Positions 10,626 through 19,554 of a stretch of 41,899 nt of DNA are shown here, piece by piece. Under the pieces are notes generated by a model, which saw only the letters and a program-made list of their open reading frames with translations, did no database searches and was not told where the DNA came from. Source of the stretch: an uncultured Ruminococcus sp. (lineage in GTDB: Bacteria; Bacillota; Clostridia; Oscillospirales; SIG627); the NCBI GenBank assembly GCA_902796545.1, contig CADBPF010000068.1, forward strand, positions 1-41,899. Direction: 5' to 3'. The stretch's first letter is position 1; every line of letters begins with the position of its first letter. The translations under genes were made by a program, and so were the position numbers.

Positions 10626-11155
10626 GGGATCCGGCCCGCGCGGAGTCGGTCTATTCCAAACTGGATCCGGAAGAAAAATATCTGTACGCCAAGGCGGTCC
10701 GCCGCCTTGGCGTACACGACGATACCTGCCGCGGTCTGTACGAACGCTTGAAGCGCGAGAGCTTTGAGGACCGTCCGGCGGACCCGGAGTGCGCCAAGCG
10801 CGTGATCGCGCTTCTGGTGCGCGAGGGATTTCTCAACGAGCGGCGCTACTGCGAAGAGCTGACGCGCCGCCTTGTGCGTTCCGGCTACGGGCCGCGCCGG
10901 GTGGAGGCGGAGCTGAAACGCCGCAGATTCGCGCCCGCCGTGATCGAACGCACCCTGCGGGAATCGGGCGAGCGCGCGCAGATCGACGAGGTTTTGCAAA
11001 AACGATTCGCTTTGCGCCCGACGGATCTCGAAACGCGAAAGGGACGCGCCAAACTCTATCAATATTTAGTGCGCATGGGCTTTTCGGGCTCCGACGCGCA
11101 AAACGCGGTCGATCGGCTGAAAGCGGATCCGGCGCGGGAAGAGGACGAACTATGA
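10622..11155 (+). CDS. recX: Recombination regulator RecX
   Basis: 177 aa helical-repeat protein directly downstream of recA with an ATGA overlap. Contains the RecX-like segment [13 protein letters not shown]. Confidence 0.8.
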   Translation: MRDPARAESVYSKLDPEEKYLYAKAVRRLGVHDDTCRGLYERLKRESFEDRPADPECAKRVIALLVREGFLNERRYCEELTRRLVRSGYGPRRVEAELKRRRFAPAVIERTLRESGERAQIDEVLQKRFALRPTDLETRKGRAKLYQYLVRMGFSGSDAQNAVDRLKADPAREEDEL

Positions 11156-12492
11156 AACCACAGGCGAAAATCGGATTCGTGTCGCTCGGCTGCTCCAAAA
11201 ACGCGGTCGATTGCGAGCGTATGATCTCGCGCGTGCACGAGGCGGGATACGAGGTCGTGGCGGACGAAACGCTTGCCGACGTGATCGTGGTCAACACCTG
11301 CGCGTTCATCCAAAGCGCGAAGGAAGAAGCGATCGAAACGATTTTGGATCTGAACTGGCTCAAAGAAAACCGGTCTTTGCGCGCGATCATCGTTACGGGC
11401 TGTCTTGCCCAGCGCTATTACGAGGAGATCCTAACGCAACTTCCGGAGGCGGACGCGGTGCTTGCCCTCGGCGGCGAAGCGCAGATCGTCGAGGCGATCG
11501 AAGCGGTGCTCTCCGGCAAGCGCTACGACCGGCACGGAGACCCGGAAGAGCTTTTACTTTCGGGCGACCGCGTGCTGACCACGGGCGCGGGCTACGCCTA
11601 TCTTAAAATCGCGGACGGCTGCGACAACCGCTGCAGCTTCTGCGCGATCCCCGCGATCCGCGGCGCGTTTCGTTCGCGCCCGATCGAAGAGCTGGTGGAA
11701 GAAGCGAAAACGCTTTTTGCGCTCGGCGTGCGGGAACTGATCCTGATCGCGCAGGACACCACGCGCTACGGGCTTGATCTTTACGGGCGCTACGCCTTAT
11801 CCGAGCTGTTGGAGGCGCTTTGCGGTACGCCCGGGCTCGACTTTACCTGGATCCGGCTCATGTACTGCTATCCCGACAAGATCACGGACGAATTACTCGA
11901 CGTGATGGTGAAACACAAACGCATCGCGCGCTATCTCGACCTGCCGATCCAGCACGCTTCCGATCGGATCCTGCGCTCGATGCACCGGCACGGCGATCTT
12001 GCGCTGATTGAGGACGCGATCGCGCGCCTGCGCCGCGCGATGCCGGATATCGTGATCCGCACCACCGTGATGGTGGGCTTCCCCGGCGAAACGGAGGAGG
12101 ATTATCAGACCCTGCGCGCCTTTTTGCGCAAAACGCGCTTCGAGCGGCTGGGCTGTTTTGCCTATTCCGCGGAGGAAGGCACGCCCGCGGCGAGCTATCC
12201 CGATCAGATCGATGAGAAAACCAAGCAATCCAGACTTGACAATCTGATGCAGGAACAATATACTATACATAGTGCTTCAAACAAGCGTTTTTTGGGTCAG
12301 ACTCTGGACGTTTTGTGCGAAGGCTACGATCCTCCGGCGGGCTGTTACTACGGCAGAAGCGAGTATCTCGCACCGGAGGTGGACGGATACGTGTTCTTTA
12401 CCTCGGCCAAAAAACTGTCCGAGGGAGAGTTGGTAAAAGTCAAGATCGAAGAAATGATCGAATATGATCTTTCGGGGACCGCGGTCTTTTAA
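11152..12492 (+). CDS. rimO: Ribosomal protein S12 methylthiotransferase RimO
   Basis: ATG at 11152 (ATGA overlap with the recX stop) gives [17 protein letters not shown]. Has the MTTase N-domain, radical SAM motif CDNRCSFC and a C-terminal TRAM domain. The ORF-track start at 10789 is an upstream extension running through recX. Confidence 0.9.
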   Translation: MKPQAKIGFVSLGCSKNAVDCERMISRVHEAGYEVVADETLADVIVVNTCAFIQSAKEEAIETILDLNWLKENRSLRAIIVTGCLAQRYYEEILTQLPEADAVLALGGEAQIVEAIEAVLSGKRYDRHGDPEELLLSGDRVLTTGAGYAYLKIADGCDNRCSFCAIPAIRGAFRSRPIEELVEEAKTLFALGVRELILIAQDTTRYGLDLYGRYALSELLEALCGTPGLDFTWIRLMYCYPDKITDELLDVMVKHKRIARYLDLPIQHASDRILRSMHRHGDLALIEDAIARLRRAMPDIVIRTTVMVGFPGETEEDYQTLRAFLRKTRFERLGCFAYSAEEGTPAASYPDQIDEKTKQSRLDNLMQEQYTIHSASNKRFLGQTLDVLCEGYDPPAGCYYGRSEYLAPEVDGYVFFTSAKKLSEGELVKVKIEEMIEYDLSGTAVF

Positions 12493-12513
12493 GAAAGAGA
12501 GGACGGATCGGCT

Positions 12514-13107
12514 ATGAAACATGCTGCGAATGTGCTGACGCTTGCGCGCATCGCGCTCACGGCGGTCTTGGTCTTTCTGATGCTCTTCAATCCCTTTTCC
12601 GATGAAACGACGGCTCGCATTTTGTGCGCGGTCGTTTTTTTGGTGGCGGCGCTGACCGATCTGTTCGACGGCAAGATCGCCCGGCGCACGGGCAGCGTGT
12701 CCGATTTCGGCAAGTTTCTGGATCCCGTCGCGGACAAGTGCCTGATCACCTCCGCGTTCATCGCCTTTGCGGTCACCCCGTATCTCGACGAGAGCCTGCG
12801 CGTTTTTTGCGCGATCGCGGCGATCGTGATCTTATTGCGCGATCTCTGCGTGACCTCGCTAAGGCTGGTCGCGGCAACGCAGGGCAGAGTCCTTGCCGCG
12901 ATCAAAAGCGGCAAATTCAAGACCTTCTGGCAATGCGTCACGATCCTGTGGATCTTTTTGGAGGGCGTCTTTTTGCCGCGGGAAAGCGAGCTTTACCGCA
13001 CGCATCTTTTGAGTTACTGTGCGCTCGGCGTCTGTCTTGTGCTGGTCGTGTATTCCGCGATCAGCATCGCCTACCATGATCGAAAACAGAAGACTGCCGG
13101 ACAATGA
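12514..13107 (+). CDS. pgsA: CDP-diacylglycerol--glycerol-3-phosphate 3-phosphatidyltransferase
   Basis: CDP-alcohol phosphatidyltransferase motif DLFDGKIARRTGSVSDFGKFLDPVADK. Multi-TM protein of 197 aa. Confidence 0.9.
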   Translation: MKHAANVLTLARIALTAVLVFLMLFNPFSDETTARILCAVVFLVAALTDLFDGKIARRTGSVSDFGKFLDPVADKCLITSAFIAFAVTPYLDESLRVFCAIAAIVILLRDLCVTSLRLVAATQGRVLAAIKSGKFKTFWQCVTILWIFLEGVFLPRESELYRTHLLSYCALGVCLVLVVYSAISIAYHDRKQKTAGQ

Positions 13108-13117
13108 GGATTTTGTG

Positions 13118-13885
13118 ATGGAAGAAAAAAACGAAAACCGCGATCCCGCGCGCGAAGAAGCGTTTGATTTTGCCGATCTCCTAAAGCCGATCAAAAAAGG
13201 CATCGAGAGCGTGCGTTACGATATCCGCGCGATCCGCGAACGCGATCCCGCGGCAAGATCGGATCTGGAAGTGGCGCTGTTGTATCCGGGCCTGCACGCG
13301 CTGGTCGCCTATCGCGTGGCGCACGCCCTGCACGAGCGCAAGGCGTATTTTTCGGCGCGGATGATCTCGCAGGCGGCGCGCTTTGCCACCGGCATCGAGA
13401 TCCATCCGGGCGCCAAGATCGGCAAGGGGCTCTTTATCGACCACGGCAGCGCCGTCGTCATCGGCGAGACCGCCGAGATCGGCGACGACTGCACGATCTA
13501 TCAGGGCGTGACCCTGGGCGGCACCGGCAAGCACGTGGGAAAACGCCACCCGACTCTGGGCGATCGCGTCCTTGTCGGCGCGGGCGCGAAGGTGCTCGGC
13601 CCCTTCAGGGTCGGCGACGACGCGAAGGTCGCCGCGGGCGCCGTGGTGCTCTCGGAGGTTCCCGCGGACACGACCGCGGTCGGCGTGCCGGCGCATATCG
13701 TGAAAAAAGGCCGCGGCGAGATCGTGGAGGAGCTGGATCAGATCCATATCCCCGACCCCGTCGCACAGAAATTGAGCGATCTGGAACGCAAGGTGCGCAA
13801 ACTGGAACAGCAGTTGAAAGAAGCCGTTTCGGCGCCCGAAGAAAACGCCGCCGAAAAACCGAGAAAAGAGAATGAGCACGAATGA
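13118..13885 (+). CDS. cysE: Serine O-acetyltransferase CysE with C-terminal coiled-coil-like extension
   Basis: ATG at 13118 preceded by GAGGA (13106-13110). Left-handed beta-helix hexapeptide repeats (GIEIHPGAKIGKGLFIDHGSAVVIGETAEIGDDCTIYQGVTLGG). The ORF-track start at 13019 lies inside pgsA. Confidence 0.88.
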   Translation: MEEKNENRDPAREEAFDFADLLKPIKKGIESVRYDIRAIRERDPAARSDLEVALLYPGLHALVAYRVAHALHERKAYFSARMISQAARFATGIEIHPGAKIGKGLFIDHGSAVVIGETAEIGDDCTIYQGVTLGGTGKHVGKRHPTLGDRVLVGAGAKVLGPFRVGDDAKVAAGAVVLSEVPADTTAVGVPAHIVKKGRGEIVEELDQIHIPDPVAQKLSDLERKVRKLEQQLKEAVSAPEENAAEKPRKENEHE

Positions 13886-15276
13886 AACTGTATAACGCGA
13901 TCACCGGTCAAAAAGAAGAGTTTGCCCCGCAGGGCGATACCGTACTGATCTATTCCTGCGGCCCCACGGTCTATAACTTTTTCCATATCGGCAACGCAAG
14001 GCCCTTTGTGACCTTCGATCTCTTGCGCCGCTATCTCAAATACCGCGGTTACAAGGTCAAGTTCGTGCAGAACTTCACCGACGTGGACGATAAGATGATC
14101 AACGCCGCAAACGCGGAGCATACCACGGTCGGCGTGATCGCGGAGCGGTATATCCGGGAATACTTTACCGACGCGCGCGGGCTCGGCATCGAGCCTGCGG
14201 ACGTGCATCCCCGCGCCACCGAGAATATCGACGCGATTTTGGAGCTCATCGGCATCCTCGTGGAAAAAGGCTACGCCTACGAAAGCGGCGGCGACGTGTA
14301 TTTTGCCGCGCGCAAGTTCCCCTCCTACGGCAAGCTTTCCAAGATCGACGTGGACGATTTAGAGTCCGGCGCGCGCATCGAGATCGGCGAAAAGAAGCGC
14401 GATCCTTTGGATTTTGCGCTCTGGAAAGCCAAAAAAGAAGGCGAGCCTGCCTGGGATTCTCCCTACGGAGAGGGCAGGCCCGGCTGGCACATCGAATGCT
14501 CCGCCATGGCGGGCAAATATTTGGGGCGTCATATCGACATCCACGGCGGCGGCGCGGATCTTTCCTTCCCGCACCATGAAAACGAGATCGCCCAGTCCGA
14601 GGCGGCTTACGGCGCGCCGTTTTCCCGCTTTTTCGTCCACAACGGCTATATCAACGTGGACAGCAAAAAAATGAGCAAATCGCTCGGTAATTTCTTCACC
14701 GTGCGCGATGCCGCGAAAACTTACGGATACGCGGCGATCCGATTTTTCCTCTTGTCCGCGCAGTACCGCTCGCCGGTGAATTTCACGCAGGAAAGCCTTT
14801 CGCAGGCGCAAAGCGCGCTGGACCGGCTTTACCGCTGTGAAGAAAACCTGCGCTTTTATCTGGACAAGGCGGACGAGGGCGGAAAGCGCGTGGAAACGGG
14901 CGATCTGATCGCGCGCACGCGCGAGGCGTTTTGCCGCGCGATGGACGACGATCTGAACACCGCGGACGCGTTGGGCGTGCTGTTTGATTACGTAAGGGAA
15001 TGCAACACGATCCTCGCCGCTGCCCCGCACGCGGACACGGTGAGTGAACTCTACGCGTTTTACCGGGAGCTTTGCGGGCTGCTCGGCTTTCTGAAGCCCG
15101 AAGAAGAAGCGCGGCAAAGCGACGAAGATCGCGAGATCGACGAATGGGTCGAGCGCCGCGCGCAAGCGAAAAAAGCGCGCGATTTCGCGCTTGCCGATCA
15201 GATCCGCGCGGATCTGTCTTCGCGCGGGATCGTGCTGGAAGATACCCCGCAGGGCACGAAATGGCATCGGGCGTAA
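13882..15276 (+). CDS. cysS: Cysteine--tRNA ligase
   Basis: HIGN (HIGH-class motif), KMSKSLGN, WHIECS zinc site. ATGA overlap with cysE. Confidence 0.97.
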   Translation: MKLYNAITGQKEEFAPQGDTVLIYSCGPTVYNFFHIGNARPFVTFDLLRRYLKYRGYKVKFVQNFTDVDDKMINAANAEHTTVGVIAERYIREYFTDARGLGIEPADVHPRATENIDAILELIGILVEKGYAYESGGDVYFAARKFPSYGKLSKIDVDDLESGARIEIGEKKRDPLDFALWKAKKEGEPAWDSPYGEGRPGWHIECSAMAGKYLGRHIDIHGGGADLSFPHHENEIAQSEAAYGAPFSRFFVHNGYINVDSKKMSKSLGNFFTVRDAAKTYGYAAIRFFLLSAQYRSPVNFTQESLSQAQSALDRLYRCEENLRFYLDKADEGGKRVETGDLIARTREAFCRAMDDDLNTADALGVLFDYVRECNTILAAAPHADTVSELYAFYRELCGLLGFLKPEEEARQSDEDREIDEWVERRAQAKKARDFALADQIRADLSSRGIVLEDTPQGTKWHRA

Positions 15277-15309
15277 ACGATTGCCGACGGACGACGGAAA
15301 GATAAAACG

Positions 15310-16770
15310 ATGAAAAACCGGCTCAAGAAAAATCCCTATCTGAAGGTTTCGCTGTATGCGTTTTGCACGCTTGCGGCGGCGATCCTCTTTTATCAGCTTT
15401 CGCGCGATTTTTCCTTTGTCAAGACCTTTTTCGATTATCTGTTCATCCTGCTCGGCCCAATCGTGACGGGCGCGATCATCGCGTACCTCGTGAACCCGCT
15501 GCTCAATTTCTACGAACTGACCGTGTTCCAAAAGGCGTTTCAAAAGAAACGTGCGCGCCGCACGATCTCGCTGGTCTGCGCGTATTTGAGCGCTCTGGTG
15601 ATCATCGGCGTGCTTGGGCTTTTGATCGTGCCGCAGCTCGTGCGATCCGTGGAAAACATGATCGCGAACTTTTCCTTATATAAAGACAACGCGCAGAGCA
15701 TCGTGAACGAATTGAGCGCGTTTTCCGAAAAACTGTTCGGAGAATCCGGCAACCTTTCCGCACGGCTGCCGGGCATCCTGGAGGACGCGAAGAACAGCAT
15801 CCTCGGCACCTTTTCCTCGCTCGTGACGGCGATCCCGGACGTGTTGAGTTTTCTGACCGATCTGACCACGCGGGTCACCAACGTGTTCGTCGGTCTGGTG
15901 ATCTCGGTCTATCTTTTGGCGGATAAAGAGCGCTTTGCCGCGCAGACCAAAAAAATGCTCTGCGCCTTTTTCAAACAGCAGACCGTGGCGCATATCGTGG
16001 ACTTTTTCCACGATATGCACGACAGCGTCGGCGGCTTCATTATCGCAAAGGTTTTAGACGGCGCCGTTGTGGGCGTGCTCGCCTTTTTGGTGTTTTCCAT
16101 CTTCTCGGTCCCCTTTGCGCTGCTCATTTCCGTGATTTTGGCTTTGTGCAATATCATCCCGTTTTTCGGGCAGATCATCGGTCCGGTGATCGGCGGGCTC
16201 ATTTTGCTCGTGACCGCGCCGGAGCAGTTATTGTGGTATATCGTCATGTGCGTCGCGATCATGGTGGTGGACGCGAATCTCATCTCCCCGAAACTGATCG
16301 GCGCAAGGATCGGTATCTCGCCGTTCTGGATCGTGTTGAGTTTGCTGGTCGGCGGCAGGCTGTTCGGCTTCTGGGGAATGTTTTTGGGCTCGCCCGTGTT
16401 CGCCGTGCTCTACGGGATGTTCAAACGCTTCTTGGAAAACCGCCTGAAAAAGCGCGACTTTTCCGCGAGCACCGCCGATTATTACGACTTTTTGCATGAA
16501 GAGCCTTTGGGCATCTTCCATATCGCGTTCAAGAAAGAAAAAGACTTTTCCGCGCCCGTGCCGATGCAGGACGTGCCGGAGGCCCGAAAAGACGATCTGT
16601 CAGAGCCTGCCCTCGGCGCGGATGCGGCGGGAGACTCCGATCGGAAGGCGCGGGGAAAAACGAAAAAGCAAAAAAAAGCGGATACAAAACCAAACGAACA
16701 AGAAGGCGTCAAACCGGACGACGCGGATAAGCGGGACGATGGAACTGAAACTGAAAAAACTCTCGGATAA
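15310..16770 (+). CDS. AI-2E family transporter (PerM/UPF0118) with Lys/Asp-rich C-terminal tail
   Basis: Eight or so TM helices with typical AI-2E architecture (IIPFFGQIIGPVIGGL). The last roughly 90 aa are a charged low-complexity tail. Confidence 0.8.
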   Translation: MKNRLKKNPYLKVSLYAFCTLAAAILFYQLSRDFSFVKTFFDYLFILLGPIVTGAIIAYLVNPLLNFYELTVFQKAFQKKRARRTISLVCAYLSALVIIGVLGLLIVPQLVRSVENMIANFSLYKDNAQSIVNELSAFSEKLFGESGNLSARLPGILEDAKNSILGTFSSLVTAIPDVLSFLTDLTTRVTNVFVGLVISVYLLADKERFAAQTKKMLCAFFKQQTVAHIVDFFHDMHDSVGGFIIAKVLDGAVVGVLAFLVFSIFSVPFALLISVILALCNIIPFFGQIIGPVIGGLILLVTAPEQLLWYIVMCVAIMVVDANLISPKLIGARIGISPFWIVLSLLVGGRLFGFWGMFLGSPVFAVLYGMFKRFLENRLKKRDFSASTADYYDFLHEEPLGIFHIAFKKEKDFSAPVPMQDVPEARKDDLSEPALGADAAGDSDRKARGKTKKQKKADTKPNEQEGVKPDDADKRDDGTETEKTLG

Positions 16771-17179
16771 GGCGGTTTTGCCGCAGTATATGACGCAGGG
16801 CGCCGCCGCCATGGATTTGTGCGCCTGCCTTCCGGACACGCCCGTGACGATCCCGGCATACGGCCGCGCGCTGATCCCCACGGGGCTTTGCGCCGCCGCG
16901 CCGCAAGGATACGCCCTGTTCTTGTTTGCCAGAAGCGGGCTTGCCTCCAAACACGGCGTTTGCCTGTCCAACGGCGTCGGCGTGATCGACAGCGATTACC
17001 GCGGCGAGATCAAGGTCGCGCTGTGCAATCTCTCCGATACGCCCTTTGTCGTCGAGCACGGGATGCGCGTTTGCCAGATGGCGCTGATGAAGGTGGAGCA
17101 GGCGCGGATCGCGGAGGTGCAGAGCCTGGACGAAACCGCGCGCGACGTCGGCGGCTTCGGCTCGACCGGCGTGCGATAA
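16739..17179 (+). CDS. dut: dUTP diphosphatase
   Basis: ATG at 16739 gives MELKLKKLSDKAVLPQYMTQGAAAMDL, plus GVIDSDYRGEI and the C-terminal GGFGSTG motif. The ORF-track start at 16496 is an out-of-context upstream extension. Confidence 0.92.
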   Translation: MELKLKKLSDKAVLPQYMTQGAAAMDLCACLPDTPVTIPAYGRALIPTGLCAAAPQGYALFLFARSGLASKHGVCLSNGVGVIDSDYRGEIKVALCNLSDTPFVVEHGMRVCQMALMKVEQARIAEVQSLDETARDVGGFGSTGVR

Positions 17180-17280
17180 AAGCGCGCTGAACGTTTAAGG
17201 ATCCCTACTGGGGCGCCGAACGCCGGTTTTCGGGGCGCACCGAAGCGAATCAACCCGCAGCAAAAGAAAGGAACAGACGC

Positions 17281-18240
17281 ATGATACCACACGGAAAAGA
17301 CTTGAAGATCTTCACGGCTAATTCGCATCCCAGACTCGCGGCGGACATCGCAAAGAATTTAGGGCTTGCGCTCGGCGCAAGCACGGTCGGCACCTTCTCG
17401 GACGGGGAGATCTCGGTCTCCATCCACGAGACCGTCCGCGGGAGCGACGTATTCGTGGTGCAGTCCACCTGCGCGCCGGTCAACAACCATCTGATGGAAC
17501 TGCTCATTATGATCGACGCCTTCAAGCGCGCGAGCGCCGGGCGCATCACCGCGGTCATCCCGTATTTCGGCTACGCACGGCAGGATCGCAAAGCCAAAGC
17601 GCGCGACCCGATCTCCGCGAAGCTCGTGGCGAATCTGATCACCTCGGCGGGCGCCAACCGCGTCCTTTCCATGGACCTGCACGCCGCGCAGATCCAGGGC
17701 TTTTTCGACATTCCGGTGGATCACCTGCAGGGCGCGCCGATTTTGGCGTCCTATTTCATGGAACGCTTCCACGGCAATATGGAAAACGTGGTCATCGTTT
17801 CCCCCGACCTCGGCAGCGTGTCCCGCGCCCGCAACTTCGCGCAGCGCTGCAACACTACGATCGCCATGATCGACAAACGCCGCGCCAGAGCGAACGTTTC
17901 GGAGGTCTGCAACATCATCGGCGACGTGAAAGGGAAAACCTGTATCATGGTGGACGACATCATCGATACCGCCGGCACGATCTGCAATGCGGCGCACGCG
18001 CTTTTGGAGATTGGCGGCGCAAAAGAGGTCTATGCCGGCGCGACTCACGCGATCTTGTCCGGCGAGGCCATGGAGCGCATGAAGAACACGCCCTTCAAGG
18101 AAGTGGTCTTACTCGATACCATCGAGCTGCCCAAAGAAAAGATTTTGCCGAACTTCAAGATCATTTCCGTCGGGCAGGTGTTCGCGGAGGCGATCGAGCG
18201 CATCTACGAGGAATTGCCCGTCTCCACGATCTTCAATTGA
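17281..18240 (+). CDS. prs: Ribose-phosphate pyrophosphokinase
   Basis: KIFTANSHPRLAADIAKNLG, PYFGYARQDRK, MDLHAAQIQGFFDIPVDHL, MVDDIIDTAGT PRPP-binding loop. Confidence 0.97.
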   Translation: MIPHGKDLKIFTANSHPRLAADIAKNLGLALGASTVGTFSDGEISVSIHETVRGSDVFVVQSTCAPVNNHLMELLIMIDAFKRASAGRITAVIPYFGYARQDRKAKARDPISAKLVANLITSAGANRVLSMDLHAAQIQGFFDIPVDHLQGAPILASYFMERFHGNMENVVIVSPDLGSVSRARNFAQRCNTTIAMIDKRRARANVSEVCNIIGDVKGKTCIMVDDIIDTAGTICNAAHALLEIGGAKEVYAGATHAILSGEAMERMKNTPFKEVVLLDTIELPKEKILPNFKIISVGQVFAEAIERIYEELPVSTIFN

Positions 18241-18241
18241 A

Positions 18242-19534
18242 ATGAATCGACCGTCTGCACCCGTCGCGGAGCTGATCTGCGTCGGAACGGAGCATCTTCT
18301 GGGGGAAGTGGTGGATACCAATTCCCCCTATCTTTGCGGAAGGCTCAAAGAACTCGGGATCTGCGTGTACCGAAAGCAGGTCTGCGGCGATCACGCAGGC
18401 CGCCTGCGGGAGGCGCTCACGCTCGCGCTTTCCCGCGCGGATCTGGTGATCTTGATCGGCGGGCTCGGCCCGACCGAGGACGATCTGAGCCGCGAATGCG
18501 TCGCCGAAACGCTCGGACTGCCGCTTTGGGAGGATCCGGAGCTGGTCGCGCGCCTGCGGGAGTATTTCGCGTCCCGCGCCCGCCGGATGGCGTCCTGCAA
18601 TCTGCGTCAGGCGCGCCGGCCGCAGGGGTCGGTCGTGCTCGAAAACGCCTGCGGGACCGCGCCGGGGCTTTGGATCGAATGGGAAAACAAGCCGGTCGTT
18701 TTGCTTCCCGGACCGCCCAAGGAGTTTTGCATGATGGTGGATCGGGAGCTTATGCCGCGTTTGAGCGCGCGTTATCAGAGTGTGCCGATCGTGACGCGGT
18801 CTTTGCGCCTGTACGGGATCGGCGAATCGGAGCTGGCGGAGCGATTGAGCGCCTTCTGGGACGGGATCGGGGAGGTCACCGTCGCGGATTATATCAAGGA
18901 CGGCGAGATCGAGCTGCGGCTTGCCTGCCGCATGGAAGAAACGCAGGCAAAAAAGAAGATAAGCGACGCGATCCGGCTTCTGGCGCCGCATCTGCGCCCC
19001 TATCTGTACGCCACGCAAAACACGGATCTCGCGCACGCGCTGATCGAGCGTTTTGCCGCGCGCGGACTGCGCTTTTCGTCGGCGGAGTCCTGCACGGGCG
19101 GAGCGATCGCCTCTTTGCTTGCCGCCGTGCCCGGCGCGTCCGAGGTTTTGTGGGGCGCCTGCGTCACCTACGATAACGAAGCGAAAACGAGCCTCGTTTG
19201 CGTCAGCGAGGAGACTTTGCGCACACACGGCGCGGTCAGCGATCAGACCGCGCGGGAAATGGCGCGCGGGATGGCGGAGCGATCCAAAAGCGATCTTGCG
19301 CTTTCCGTCACGGGGCTTGCCGGCCCCGGCGACGACGGCGTGCATCCGGTCGGAACGGTCTTTTTCGGCGTCAGCTTCCGGGGCGAGATACGCGTTTTCG
19401 AGCGGCATTTTTCGGGCGACCGCGCCCGGATCCGCCGCGACGCCGCCCTGTACGGCATCGCGCTGTCTTTGCAGACGGCGGGGCTTTTTGAAGCCTTGCC
19501 GGAGGACGGGGATCCCGCCGGGGATCCGGAATAA
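18242..19534 (+). CDS. cinA: Competence/damage-inducible protein CinA (MoCF-binding domain plus PncC-type nicotinamide-nucleotide amidase domain)
   Basis: AELICVGTEHLLGEVVDTNS N-terminal motif. C-terminal CinA domain (SAESCTGGAIASLL, VTGLAGP). Confidence 0.88.
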   Translation: MNRPSAPVAELICVGTEHLLGEVVDTNSPYLCGRLKELGICVYRKQVCGDHAGRLREALTLALSRADLVILIGGLGPTEDDLSRECVAETLGLPLWEDPELVARLREYFASRARRMASCNLRQARRPQGSVVLENACGTAPGLWIEWENKPVVLLPGPPKEFCMMVDRELMPRLSARYQSVPIVTRSLRLYGIGESELAERLSAFWDGIGEVTVADYIKDGEIELRLACRMEETQAKKKISDAIRLLAPHLRPYLYATQNTDLAHALIERFAARGLRFSSAESCTGGAIASLLAAVPGASEVLWGACVTYDNEAKTSLVCVSEETLRTHGAVSDQTAREMARGMAERSKSDLALSVTGLAGPGDDGVHPVGTVFFGVSFRGEIRVFERHFSGDRARIRRDAALYGIALSLQTAGLFEALPEDGDPAGDPE

Positions 19535-19554
19535 ACGAAAAGAGGGATACGGTT

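Noticed and set aside
10789-11151. Long 5' extensions of ORF-track entries: rimO from 10789, cysE from 13019, dut from 16496, the rseC-like gene from 23557, ispE from 29258, pheS from 33646, xseA from 38424 and xseB from 39008
   Set aside because: The extensions overlap the preceding gene or a regulatory RNA and translate to Arg/Ala-rich junk. In every case an internal ATG with a proper RBS or stop-start overlap begins exactly where family homology starts.
17211-17240. GC-rich imperfect hairpin (GCGCC...GGCGC with inner CCG-GTTTT-CGG) between dut and prs, considered as a terminator or riboswitch
   Set aside because: The stem is interrupted, no U-tract follows it, and the 100-nt gap matches no riboswitch motif I know. 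The evidence is insufficient.
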